Assembly (NCBI RefSeq): GCF_048593235.1
Contig: NC_133622.1
Span: 239,227,198-239,291,197, forward strand
Origin: Sminthopsis crassicaudata
Taxonomy: Eukaryota
Reading direction: 5' to 3'
DNA length: 64,000 nt
Shown: piece after piece, positions 22,328 through 34,652 of the stretch
Layout of the letters: each line of letters begins with the position of its first letter
Position numbering within the stretch: position 1 is the stretch's first letter
Position numbers and translations under genes: made by a program
The notes under the pieces: generated by a model
Databases searched by the model: none
What the model saw: the letters and a program-made list of their open reading frames with translations, nothing else
Told to the model about the DNA's origin: nothing

Positions 22328-22759
22328 AGGAAGGGAAGTCACTTCTCTGGACAAGAGTTAGCAGCAACTGCCTGGAGACAACAGTTCACTACAGGAAGAA
22401 GAATCTGTCCGAGAGATTTGAGTAGACACAGCAGATCTCTTCCCAGAGAGCCCCGTCAGGCCTGATGTAATGCAGAGACTTCTCCTCTTCCTGGAGTGCT
22501 GTCCTCCAGCCCTTGTCCTTCCCCAGTCCAGAATGCTTGTCCAGGCCCAATGTTGCCTCTTTTATCCTCCCAGAGAATGGGCGTGGGATAGTGCAAGGGC
22601 TTCTGGGAAGAACCACTTCAACCAATGAGCTTGTTCCTTCTAGGATTCCTAAGGTGTAAACTCCCTTTACAGGTCTGAGCCAGAGAACTGTCAAGTCAAC
22701 CTGAGTTCTCACCTTGTAATTGTCCAGACAACCTGAATTCTCACCTAGTAATCCTAACA
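22324..22759 (-). mobile_element. Rearranged LTR of the same family as 6546-6980, with an inverted 117-bp segment
   Basis: 22452-22759 is the reverse complement of U3 (TGTTAGGATTACTAGGTGAG...). 22327-22443 matches 6821-6937 in the forward orientation. Confidence 0.92.
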
Positions 22760-23450
22760 AGAATCAATACTGAATTCCATAGCCCACATCTTTTTAAAGT
22801 CATTTGTCTTTGCGCATTTCTCTTACTCCACTGGAGTTACACCGAAGCACTCACCAAACTTAGCTGTTGAATACAGAAAGATTTCACACAGTACTATTTT
22901 TAAGTGTGTTGACAAACACTTTCTTTTTGGAAATTATGTCCTATGACTCTTTGGTGCCCATTTGTGATCTTCTTTTGTACATGATTACCATGACCCAGAA
23001 CCTATGCATGCTGCTGGTGACTGAAACATATGTTAGAGCAATAATTTCTTCCTTCATGCTTATCTCTTCTCTTATTAGATTGTCTTTTCTGTGGGATTAA
23101 CATCATTAATATTTTTTCTGTGGCTAAGTAGTTTTTTGTAATTTTTTTTTTTCTATAAGAGGATTTTGTCATCCTCTCAGCCTCATGTGCAAATACAGAT
23201 TTTAGTGAAATGAAACATTTTAGCCTTGCTGATTTTAATGTCTTATAAACAGTCATACCTATTCTTACCTCCTTTATTTTAGTTTTCATGCCTATCACAA
23301 AAATATAGTCAGCCAGGTTAGGCATAAAGCCTTCTTCTCTGTGCCTTCTATGCCTCCCAGCTACAAGTCATCTCCTTCATTTATGGGACTTTTGTCTTTG
23401 TCTATCGTGTCCCCAGTTCTAAAAATTAATGGCTTATAGACAAAATTACT
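22760..23450 (+). pseudogene. Olfactory receptor pseudogene lacking N-terminus/TM1
   Basis: Decayed motifs: agtcatttgtctttg..ttactccactggagttacaccgaag (SHLSF..YST..TPK), atgtcctatgac...gcccatttgt (MSYD..PIC), cataaagccttc (HKAF), ttatgggact...gtccccagttctaaaaat (YGT..VPSSKN). Multiple stops and frameshifts. Confidence 0.85.
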
Positions 23451-24154
23451 TGATTTCCTTATTTTCTTATTTTTTTAATAGAGTGTTCATTTCTTTTTGA
23501 ACTCCCTAATATTTGAATTCCCCTTCCAGGAATCTGGCCACAAACATTCTTTTCTACCCTGTACCAGTTAAGAGTGTCTTCCTCCCCCTGTAGATGTAAG
23601 ACCTAGTATACTAACAGTTGGGGCCAGGGATTTCACACTGGGCTCACACCCTATAGTCACAAATCATTTCTAAGTTGACTTCAGCAACTTTCTGATGCTC
23701 TAAAATTAGTTTAGAGTCATTATTTAAAAGAATTTAGAGCAGTTTGGGGGCGAGGCTTCCTAATGCACAGTCTTAAGAACAAAGATGTGAAAGAAACTAT
23801 CAGTAAACACCAAAATAGGTTCTCAAAATTATTTGTTGGCTTGGGGGGAGGTTCTAAGATTAATTTCCTTGTGTTTGCAAAATCTCTCAAAATTTCAGTG
23901 GCTATTTTGGATTGGAAAAAGGAGTATAATCAATAAGTGTTGTATTCTATAAGATTAAAAAAATTCTGTATCTCAAAGAGAGATACACAGAAATGCACTA
24001 GGACAGAGACAAAGACAATCAAGAAGAGAGATAGAGATAAAGAGATAGAGTCATTGAAACAGAAAAATAGATATATAAAAAGAGAAAAGGGTAACCACTG
24101 AAAGAGAGAGAGCTTTATTGTAAATCTCTCTTTTTTTGTCTCTGTCCCTTTGTT

Positions 24155-24157
<3 letters not shown>

Positions 24158-24192
<35 letters not shown>
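24158..24192. repeat. (CA)n microsatellite
   Basis: Pure AC run. Similar runs at ~40058-40092 and ~47222-47260; (TA)n runs at ~31027, ~38995 and ~43570. Confidence 0.95.
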
Positions 24193-24194
<2 letters not shown>

Positions 24195-24364
24195 CACGCA
24201 CAACACATATACACATATCACCCTATCAACTGTGTATAAGAAAATTCTTTCATGCTCTTTCAGTATCAATATGTCCCCTTTGAGATTACTTTTTACTTGC
24301 TCTAAAATCTATCATTTGAATGTCATTTGTAACTCAGGCCAGTGACACTAAAGAGTCAATAACT

Positions 24365-24620
24365 ATGGAAATAAGTGGTGTTTGTGGATAAAACACTGAC
24401 CTTATAGTCAGAAAGATCTGAATCCAAATATCGCCTCTTATAGCTATATTAGCATAGTCAAGTCACTTAATTTGCCTCAGTTACTTCATCTGTTTCATGA
24501 TTGAAAAAGAATAAAACTTTTTTCCAGGGTTATTATAAAAATCAAATTATATAAGATCCATAAAGTATTTAGCACAGTGTGTAACCCTCAGTAAATCCTA
24601 TATAAATGTTAGCTATTATT
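24365..24620 (+). mobile_element. MIR-like ancient SINE
   Basis: gataaaacactgac..tagtcagaaagatctgaatccaaat...caagtcacttaatttgcctcagttacttcatctg...aaagtatttagcacagtg. Similar decayed copies near 17060-17290, 53710-53900 and 58560-58680. Confidence 0.6.
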
Positions 24621-27451
24621 AAATGTCTGCAATGTGTCAATAATTATGGCAAACATTAAAAATACAAAGAATGAATATAATTATAATATTACAACATTTT
24701 GAATTATAGTTTTCTCTTGTGACTTGATCTTGGGAAAGTACTTCATTGATAATAGTAAAAGAAATTTTTGTCAATTCCAAATAACATGAATGGAAAATAA
24801 ATCTCTCATAGTAACTATCCCCTCTGATTTCAAGGAAATCCTATTCCCTAAAGCCAGAATTTTCACTTCTTGCTTGTTTGGGCCCTAGCCAGGAAAGGTC
24901 ATTAGTTTGTAGCATCACTTTCCCAAGGTGTGTTAAGATACAAGTAAAAGTGGCAGCATCCATGCAGAGTCAAGTGAAGAGCACAATAGGAACATGGCAC
25001 AATAGGAACACGTGTCTTTCACTCTGAGTTTTTCTGCCAAATGTAGAGATTTTTTTGTACAATACAAAAATGGTTTAAGTTTCCATTTGCATAGGCTATT
25101 AAAATGTCCTTTACTGACTTCTGATTCTGGTCAAATTTTAATGATGTGGTATTTTCTACTATGACCATTGTTTTCTATTATTTACAAGCTCAATATACAT
25201 TGAACCATGGATCTAGGAATCAACTAGCCTTAATTTGATGATAACTGTACTTGAACCTAGAAAATACCTTTTATTTTCTTTTCAGAAAATTTCATCAAAT
25301 GTTTTGATTTGAAAGGAACTGCCAAGTAAAGGAGGTAGGTCCTCTCATTTTATATTTTTCACTATCATAATTTCACATTTAGTGGATGGTTATTATTTTT
25401 AGATCAATGTGATAAGCCCCAAGGATACCAGGAAGTATCAGCCTCTGAATTCGAGATCTCACAGTTCATGTGGTAAGAGATACCTACAAATCAAAACCAA
25501 ATGCAGATATTAGGACCACAAACTAAATGCCTACTGATTCTTATAATTTCTGTAATTGATTTTAAGAGAAAGTGCAATCAATAAGTATATTTCCTGAGAA
25601 AATACTTGTGAAAAAGCACAATGGAACAAAACCTGAAGGAAATGGGAAACCCTGAAGAGTGAGGGCATTTTAGGAACAATTGTTTGAGTAAAATATTTCA
25701 GGTAATTATGATTAGTATATTATGTCTGAAACAGTGCCTTCATTTAGGAGAACATTTTGGAGATAAGGCTATGGAACTGGGTATTTCTCACTTTAAAACC
25801 ATACTTGAATATCAAGTAATATACTTGATGATTTTCTTTAGCTTAGCAGATACTGCAGATACTGCAGTGCAGAGACTGACCCAGATGATACCAAAGCCTT
25901 TTCTTCTATCAAATCTCAGGTGAAGATACCAGGAGAAAAGTTTTCTGGTTAAGAATCTTCTGTTGTTCCAAATGAGCATTTCTCCCTATCTCTGCTCAAA
26001 CTATTATAAAGTCAAGGAAAGGTCAGGATCTCTTATTTACCCCCCCCACACACACAAATAATTATATGCATTAAATCTATTCTTACATGTGTCAGCTTTG
26101 AAAAGCAAGTGTAGGCAAAAGGTTTTTCTAGATAGTGACCACCTCATTTTTACCTCCTTGACAATACCGTTGTCTAATAGCTTGTTTAGAGAAAGAGTTT
26201 TGACTACGAAGATATTTTTCTATATTATTAGAAATTATAAATTTTAGCAAAATAATAATGGCAAGTAAGGATTGCAAATTATTTAAATGATTGATCATAC
26301 TCAAAGATAGACTTTATTTCTAGAATGTGATTTCCTATATATTATATATATATACCCATATATGTATGTATTTTAATTTTTCAACTTTTTTATTTATAAA
26401 ATAGATAATTAATGAGTTCTCAGATGCATGTACATTTGGAGAATATACTAAAAATCAGGGAACATATTTCAATGGGTCAGAAAAGGCTATTTTCTTAATT
26501 TTGAATAGCTTGTGATAACAGAATATTTATAAAAATCAGAAATACAAGTTATGAAGTTTAGGACTTGTTTCCTATACTTCTCATCATGTGTATTTATAGA
26601 CTTGGAAAAGAAATTAAAGTATAAAAAGGAACATATGGTGTTAAGGAAAACTAAACTAAATGATGCGATTTTTGTTACACAGAAATTTTTGGATAGAATT
26701 TCTAGAAGCTGGGTAGAAAAAAAAACTGCAAAGAAAGAAAGTTTATAATGTAGGATTATTTTGTTTTATTCATGTGTGAAAACTGATCCTGGAAATACAG
26801 CAAAAAAAGAAGCTTTGTTCTTTGGCTTTTCTCTATTCAGAATTGTCAGCATTTAGAAATTACTTCTATTTGCATCATTTCCTCTGTTTTATGACTATTG
26901 CACTCAGATCCATGATAGATCATGTCACTCACTCCTAATTCCACCATCATATTCTTTGCTTGCAACCATAACATTTCCCCCCTCTCTAGTTCTCTCCTTT
27001 CTTCTCCTCCAACTTTCCTCATCTTTTCTTTATGATTTTTCACAAAATGCAATTTGAATTGAGTTTTCAATAAATACTAATTTCACAAGTCAATTAGTAT
27101 TAATTTTGTAGACCTATAATTTATCACAAATAGATTTCATTATAAAATAAACATCCACTTTAGATTTGCATCTGATCTGTAATATGGGGTACTTGTGAAT
27201 TGCCTGAACTACTTAGAAGCTGTGGATTTGTTTTGTAGAATCCCAGGTTAATATGTATCTGAAGAAGTTAAGAAACTAAGACTTTCTCAATTCAAGATTC
27301 ATCTTTTATCTACTAGACATGGTGGAAATGTGTGATTCTTATAAATGTGTTCTAATTGTCTTTATTTATTGAGATATATCAATTGTTTTTGTCTCTCATT
27401 TTACTATTCTTCTTTTCAGGAAATATTTTAAAATTTCTTTCAACTTTACCC

Positions 27452-28387
27452 ATGATGATCACTGAAAAAAACCATAGTGGTGTTCCAGTCATTTTCATTC
27501 TCTTGGGATTTTCTGACTACCCAGAATTTCAGATTCCATTCTTCCTGATATTTTTGACCATCTATATAATCACTGTGATGGGGAATCTTGGAATGATTGC
27601 AATCATTATCATGAACCCCAAATTACATACTCCAATGTATTTTTTCCTCAAGCACTTATCTTTTGTGGATTTCTGTTCCTCCACTGTTGTTGCACCAAAG
27701 CTGCTGGAAAACTTAGTTGCAAAAGATAGGACAGTGTCCATCTCTATTTGCATCACACAATTCTTCTTTTTTGCTACTTATGCTTTGACTGACACTTTCA
27801 TGTTGGCAGTGATGGCATATGATCGCTTTGTGGCCATTTGTAATCCCCTTTTATACATGACCATCATGTCCCAGAAACGTTGTGTCCTGCTGGTGGTGGC
27901 AGCATACTCCTGGGGCACACTCTTCTCTCTGGTTTTCACCTATTCTCTCCTTACATTATCTTTTTGTGGGACTAACATCATTGATAATTTTGTCTGTGAC
28001 TATTCTGGCATACTCTATGCTGCCTGCTCTGATAAACACTTTAGTGAGCTGATTCTTTTTATAGTTACTAATTTTAATATGCTGAGCACACTCATGGTCA
28101 TTATTTCTTCTTATGTTTTTATTTTTGTAACTGTCATGAAGATGCATTCAGCTAGAGCAAGGCACAAGGCGTTCTCTACTTGCGCCTCTCACCTGACAGC
28201 TGTTGGAGTCTTTTATGGAACAATCTTATTCTTGTACTGTATACCCAATACTAAAAGCTCCTGGTTTACTGCTAAATTGGGATCTGTTTTCTATGCAGTG
28301 GTCATCCCCATGCTGAACCCCCTTATATACAGTCTGAGGAACAATGAAGTGAAGGAAATACTCAGGAAGTTAATGGGCAAAATATGA
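27452..28387 (+). CDS. Olfactory receptor, OR5D-like (clade A2), 311 aa, intact
   Basis: True start is ATG 27452 (MMITEKNHS), aligned with the paralogs and downstream of the acceptor ttcttttcAG ending at 27419. All OR motifs present. Confidence 0.96.
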   Translation: MMITEKNHSGVPVIFILLGFSDYPEFQIPFFLIFLTIYIITVMGNLGMIAIIIMNPKLHTPMYFFLKHLSFVDFCSSTVVAPKLLENLVAKDRTVSISICITQFFFFATYALTDTFMLAVMAYDRFVAICNPLLYMTIMSQKRCVLLVVAAYSWGTLFSLVFTYSLLTLSFCGTNIIDNFVCDYSGILYAACSDKHFSELILFIVTNFNMLSTLMVIISSYVFIFVTVMKMHSARARHKAFSTCASHLTAVGVFYGTILFLYCIPNTKSSWFTAKLGSVFYAVVIPMLNPLIYSLRNNEVKEILRKLMGKI

Positions 28388-29888
28388 TTTCTGAGTAAAT
28401 TACTACTATCATCACTATCACCAGCTGCACAATGAACAGTAACTACAACTAAACCCACAGCTCAACAACTAAACAGTATCAACAATATTCATAATATTAA
28501 TATGTGTTGTTTTAATATTCTGCTGTAATTGATTCCCTTTAACTGAAAAATGAATATATTCATGGGTTCTCATACTCATCTGATCGGTAGCTTTTAGATT
28601 TAGTGTGTCCCACTATTGTTTATCCACATCTAAGAGAAGCAAGAATGTGAAAACAGAAAAAAAAAGTAGCTGCCCAAATCCCTTTGAACTTTACCATGTA
28701 GGTTGGATTGGTCTTCACACTTTACCTTAAATAACTTTTCCTTAATATAACAAGCAAAATGCAATCATTTTTTAAGACTAGATGTTTTATTTTATCCTGG
28801 ACTTCCTTGGTTCTTTTTAGATCTTCCTAATCTATGTCTAGTAGCTAGTGAATTAATGTCTTGAATTCAGGAGAAATTGTGCTAGAAAATAAGATACTGA
28901 CTGATGTGATTTGTTAATCTAAGAGGAGAATGGGAATAACTAAACACTCAGTAGTATTATCAAGTTGATGTAATTCAATGAAATGGTAAACTATGTTATA
29001 GAAATGCATTATTTTCTGAAAACAATAGGTGTATCCCTCTCTTCTTAAATTTGCTAGTTCATAATCTCTGCATTTAGTACCTCTAATTTTCTTTAAGGAT
29101 CACTTAAAGCACCACCTTCTAAAGCTGAGATATTTTCTAATCCTTTTCTCTCTTATGGTATGTATTCATTACCCTAAAACAGAGTCACAGTTTATATTCC
29201 CTTAAAGAGGAGGTCTTCCTAACTTTCATTGTTTAACACAATGAGAGACAGGCTATCTTGGGGCATATGATTTAGGTTTCTCAAATCTTGGTCAAAGAAA
29301 TATGAATTTCCATATTACCTGTCCTGATAACAGGTAGAGTCAACATTTTCCCCTAATCTGTCTAGGCAAACACAATGACCCAGAATATACTTATAACTTA
29401 AATTTTGGATTTCTTTAGCTGTCTGAAATTAATTTCTAGGAAAGAGTTCTCACATAGGTTTATTTATGCATAAGAAAATTATAAAGGGAAAATCCTTGAT
29501 CTAATCCAACATCAATTCACTAATTATATGATAGAAATATACATTTTTCACAAAAGGAAGATTTCCCAAACAGTAATTTGTGGGGAAATTTCATCTTTAG
29601 TTTAACAGTTGCATAATTTCCCAACCTCAATTTAATGTGTACACCACAAATATGTTATAATTAAGAACAAAAAGGTATGACTATACTGCTTTTTACATGA
29701 TTTTACTATCTCTTAATCCACATTTCTATCTCATTTGAAAAATAAAAAATGTGTGTGAAACAATATTTATAGTATTTCAAGTTAGATGTCAGCATAATTG
29801 TTAAGGTGAATTAAATTTGATTTTTATTTTTGAAGCAAACTAGTGTTAAAATGATAAGATAATAATGTGAATTTGAATGTTCATATGA

Positions 29889-30022
29889 TTTTTATTTTTT
29901 TTTCCTGAGGCTTGCCCAGGGTCACACAGCTAGGAAGTGGTAAGTGTCTGAGACCAGATTTGAACTCAGATCCTCCTGAATTCAGGGCTGTTGCTCTATC
30001 CACTGGGCCACCTAGCTGTCCC
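29889..30022 (-). mobile_element. CORE-SINE (WSINE1-like)
   Basis: Reverse complement reads gggacagctaggtggcccagtggatagagcaacagccctgaattcaggagg... Absent from the paralogous A1 and A3 flanks. Confidence 0.88.
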
Positions 30023-31299
30023 TGTTCATATGATTTAAAACAATCTTCCCTCCTCTCCTCTCTCCCCAAAATCCTTTCACAAAATTATTTTGCTCTCACA
30101 TCCAATATTTCAGACTCTGGGAATATTGCCTTGATCTCTAGTTTATTGATGGAGGTGAAAAGGAGAATGAGTATAATATGTGACATTATTCTACCTCCCT
30201 CTCCTTTTTTTTCCAACTTATTTTATTTTTTCACCCCCCCAAAAAAAATTTTAACATCACACATTTTGTTTACATCAGCATTATTTACATATTATATAGC
30301 ATTTCAGATTCTGAAGAATGGGGTAAAAATGCCCTTTTTGAAAAAGAACCTTCTAGATTAAATAGTTACTGTCCAGTGTTTTCAATTGTGTGTGATTCTT
30401 AGTCACCCCATTTGAGATTTTTTTGGAACTTACTTTTGGGCTTTGTGATTTCTAAAGCAATTTCATTTAAAAGATGAATAGTGACTGACAGATATAACAC
30501 TGGGTGTGCAAACTAGAGTAATAAGGCAAAACAACAGCCATGATATTAGTAAAGGAGTCTGGGAAAATGCACACATACACGATTGAATAGTTAAAGGTGG
30601 TTGGTTTCTTTTTAATGTGGAAAGAACATGGAGTTTTTACCACTTTGTATAATATTCACAGAATAAAATATTTTCCCCTTTTTTCACATTGCAAATTGCA
30701 TTTTGGATTCTTTGAACACATGGTTTAATACTCCACAGAGATGAGAATTTTCTTTCAGAAATCCTACATTTTGGAACATCTATTTAAGAAAAAAATTGGG
30801 CAAGTTTCAAATATTTTGTAAATTTCCTCTTGCAGAGGTTCTTCGTGGTGAGTAACCCAAAGAAAGTGGTATATTTGCATTCTAATTGTCTGATCTAAAA
30901 ATTTCAATGTTTCCTGGCTATGTGATTTAATTCAGAAATTTAATGTTTCTCTTAATGCAATTACAAAACATTTGATCAATTCCATAATTTCTAAGGTTAT
31001 CATGGGCAGATTTCAATTTGGTTATTACAAAAGTGTTTATAAGTTTAATATATATATATATATATATATAGAATTGCTTTTATTACTACCATGTTAGAAA
31101 GTACACATGTTAAATATAGTTTCTTCTTCATTTTTTCTATATCTAAAGCACCTAAAGGTGCTTAATATATTTTCCTTAATTGATGGATGTCCTTTTAGTT
31201 TGGTTGAACTTTGTTTGTCCTGACATATACTATATAAGTTCTGATATTTTTTAAATTTTAATTTGAAGATTGGTCTCAAGTAGAATACTTCTTTAATAA

Positions 31300-32230
31300 G
31301 AAAGATATTTTATTCAAAGGTGGCAATTATCAAAATAATTTCATTATCTAAGAAATAGAGGGTTGTATTGTTGGAGTACTTTAGCTATGAAATATAATGA
31401 ATTACACTTGATAATATAAACATAATATGTAAGCTATTACAAAAGAAATGAATTATTCAAGAAAAGCTACTAGGAAAACTGGAAAATTTTATCAGAGAAA
31501 CTAGTTTTGATCAACATATTGCATCATATATGAGGATAAGGTCCTAATGCATATATATTATAAATAATATCTGATATTACAAATAAATTAGGAGAGCATG
31601 AAAGAGTTTAATTAGAAAGATCTATGCACACATGGTTAAAGCATATGACAATTTTCAGACAAAGAAATTAAAGCTATGTCTAGGCATATAAAAATGTTCT
31701 AAATTACTACTGATTATAGAAATGCTAATTCAAGTAAATTTGAGATACAACCTAACACATATCATATTGGCCCAAATAAGAGAAAATGAAAATGACAATG
31801 ACACATTGCTGCTAACATTTTGAACTGATCCATCCATTGCAGAAATCTATTTGGAGCTATGTGAAAAAGAGCTACAAAACTGTGTGTACCCTTTAATTCA
31901 GTCATATCACTGATAGATCTTTATCCAAGAGACGTTTTAAATGGGAAAATGACCTATTAGGAAAAAAAAAAAACATATTTAAAGCACTTCTTTTAGTGGT
32001 GGCTAAGAATCAGAAATTGAGGGGATTCTCATCAAATTGTGAATGGCTGAACAAACTGTAGTAAATGATTGTAATGAAATATTAGTGTGCTGTAAGAAAT
32101 TGTAAGCAGGACTATTTGGAGTGAGGACCTGGTTATAAGAACTGATCCCAAATCCCAAAGTGAGTAGAATCAGGAGAACATTATGCACAATGAAAATAGT
32201 CTTGTATAATTATTTAGCTACTCTTCAGTA
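31300..32230 (+). mobile_element. Old LINE-1 ORF2 3' fragment
   Basis: Decayed gaaatgctaattcaagtaaatttgagatacaacctaacac (MQIKTTLRYHLTP-like) and downstream L1 3' text. Confidence 0.6.
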
Positions 32231-32344
32231 GTATAGTGAAAAAGGAGAATCCAAAAGGTGTCTTGAGAAAGCATGATCCCTACAAAGGGGAAAAAAAGGC
32301 AACAAAACCCCCCAAAACACTGATGTTGTCTAATACAGAATAAA

Positions 32345-32665
32345 GCTTGCTATTTTTCCTTTTTTCCTCTTTCTTTTCTTCTTTCTTTTCCTCCCTTCCC
32401 TTCCTCTCTCCATCCCTCCCTCCCTCTTTCTTTGTTCTCTCCATTTGCTCCCCTCTCTTTGTTTCTATCTCTCTGTCTCTCTGTGTCTCTTTCTCACTGT
32501 GTTTCTGTGTCTTTCTGTTTCTTTCTCTGTGTGTCTCTTCCTTCCTTCTTCATTCCCTCCCTTTTTCCTTCCCTCTTTCCTCCCTCCCTCCCTCCCTTCC
32601 TTTTTTTCCTTCCTTTCCCCCTCCCTTCTTCTTTCCCTCCCTCCCTTCCTTCCTTCTTTCCTTCA
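32345..32665. repeat. Pyrimidine-rich (CT/CCTT) low-complexity tract
   Basis: About 320 bp composed almost only of C and T with TG interruptions. Confidence 0.9.
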
Positions 32666-32744
32666 GCTGATCCTTCTTACATGCAATAAAATTCCAGGGG
32701 AAATTAGATCAAAATTAATTTGAAACTAATAATCTTATCCTAAA

Positions 32745-33315
32745 GAATGAATGGATATGAATATTATGAAATACTTTTGTTCTGTAAGAAATAATCAGCA
32801 GGATTGTTTCAGAAAAGCCTGGAGGGACTTACATGAACTGATGCTGAGTGAAATGAGCAGGACCAGGAGATCATTATATACTTCAACAACAATACTATAT
32901 GATGATCAATTCTGATGGACGTGGCCCTCTTCAACAATGAGATGAACCAAATCAGTTCCAATAGAGCAGTAATGAATAGAACCAACCACACCCAGTGAAA
33001 GAACTCTGGGAGATGGTTATGAACCACTACATAGAATTCCCAATCCCTCTATTTTTGTCCACCTGCATTTTTAATTTCCTTCACAGGCTAATTGTACATA
33101 ATTTCAAAGTCTGATTCTTTTTGTACAGCAAAATAACTGCAGGGACATGTACACATATATTCTATTTAACTTATACTTTAACATATTTAACATGTATTGG
33201 TTAACCTGCCATCTGGGGGAAGGGTTAAGGGTAAGGAGGGGAAAAGTTGGAACAAAAGGTTTTGCAACTGTCAATGCTGAAAAATTACCCATGTATCTTG
33301 TAAATAAAAACAAAT
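32745..33315 (+). mobile_element. 5'-truncated LINE-1 3' end
   Basis: ctgtaagaaataatcagcagg...gaactgatgctgagtgaaatgagcaggaccaggaga...tacccatgtatcttgtaaataaaaa. Confidence 0.85.
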
Positions 33316-34344
33316 CTAATCCCAAAGAATGAATGAGTGAAAGAATGAATCATAGACAGAATCAATAATTTCATCCAAGAGAATGATAATAATGGGACCA
33401 CATTCCAAAAGCAGTTCTTTAGGGATGTTTTATATCTCTAGATGCTTACATGCACATAAAATAGAGAAGAGAAAGCTCAATGAATTGGTCTTGCAACTAC
33501 AAAACCTAGGAAAAAAACAAATTCAAAACCTTCAATTAAATATCAAATTTGAAATTCTGAAAATAAAAGGGGAGATTAATAAAATTTAAAATAAGAAAAC
33601 TGTTGAATTAATAAATAAAACTGAGTTTTATGAAAAAAATAGATGAATCTTTAGTTAATTTAACTTAAAAAATTAAAGAAGAAAATCAAATCATTAGTCT
33701 AAAAAATGAAAAGGGAGAACTTTCCACCAATAATGAGGAAATTAAAGCAATAATTAGAAGTTATTTTAACCAACTTTATGTTAATGAATTTGATAAACTA
33801 AGTGAAATGGATGAATACCTACAAAAATTTAGATTGCCCAGATGAATAAAAGAGGAAAACATTACTTAAATAGTCCCATTTTAGAAAAAGAAATAGAAAA
33901 AGCTATTGTTCAGCTTTCCAAGAAAACATCTCTAGGGCCAGATGGATTTACAAGTGAATTCTACCAAACATTTAAAGAATAATTAGCTTCAATACTATGC
34001 AAACTATTTGGAAAAAATAAGGAAAAAAGGAGTCCTACCAATTTCCTTTTATGACAGAGATAGGGTACTGATACCTAAACCAGATAGGGTTAAAGCAAAA
34101 AAAGAAAATTATAAACAAATTTCCCTAATGAATATTGATCCAGAAATCTTAAATAGAATATTAGCAAAAGTATTACAAAAGCCATCACCAGGGAAATACA
34201 ACATATCCAAGTAGAATTCATACTAGGAAAGTAGGACTTGTTCAATATTAAGAAAACGATTAGTATAATTGACTATATCAATTAACAAACTAACAAAATC
34301 ATATGATTGTCTCAATAGATGTAGAAAAAGCATTTGATAAAATC

Positions 34345-34652
34345 TGTTACAAGAGCTACCTGCTAGTGATTGCTGGGGATCTAATTCTGACCAGCAGAAT
34401 GGAACTCTTTACATGAGAATATGATCATGACACAAGGAGACAGAGAGGTAATTGCATTCTCTGACCTCTCTCCTCTACTCTCTTGCCTCTGATTTATTTC
34501 ATTTCCAATTCATAAGACCATCTGCATCAGTAAAAGCTGATCTGCAATTCCTTCAAGTGTGTTTTGATTCACTGCCCTGGCCCTTAATGGTACAGTACCT
34601 TTTAACCCTAAACAAGCTTTCTGGGTTTTGCACTTGGGTATGGTCCTTAACA
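34345..34652 (-). mobile_element. Solo LTR inserted in the L1 RT region
   Basis: TGTT...AACA termini. Interrupts the L1 motif AFDKI|QH (gataaaatc|...|aaacatccaacactc). Confidence 0.75.

Noticed and set aside
27356-27451. 32-aa N-terminal extension of the A2 receptor
   Set aside because: Non-ATG start running through the polypyrimidine tract and splice acceptor (27419); the paralogs start at the ATG matching 27452.
29420-29445. Composite Lhx2/Ebf enhancer (Greek-island-like) motif, TAAT next to TCTAGGAA (also ~45975)
   Set aside because: The match is loose and such words are expected by chance in AT-rich DNA; no clustering was seen.
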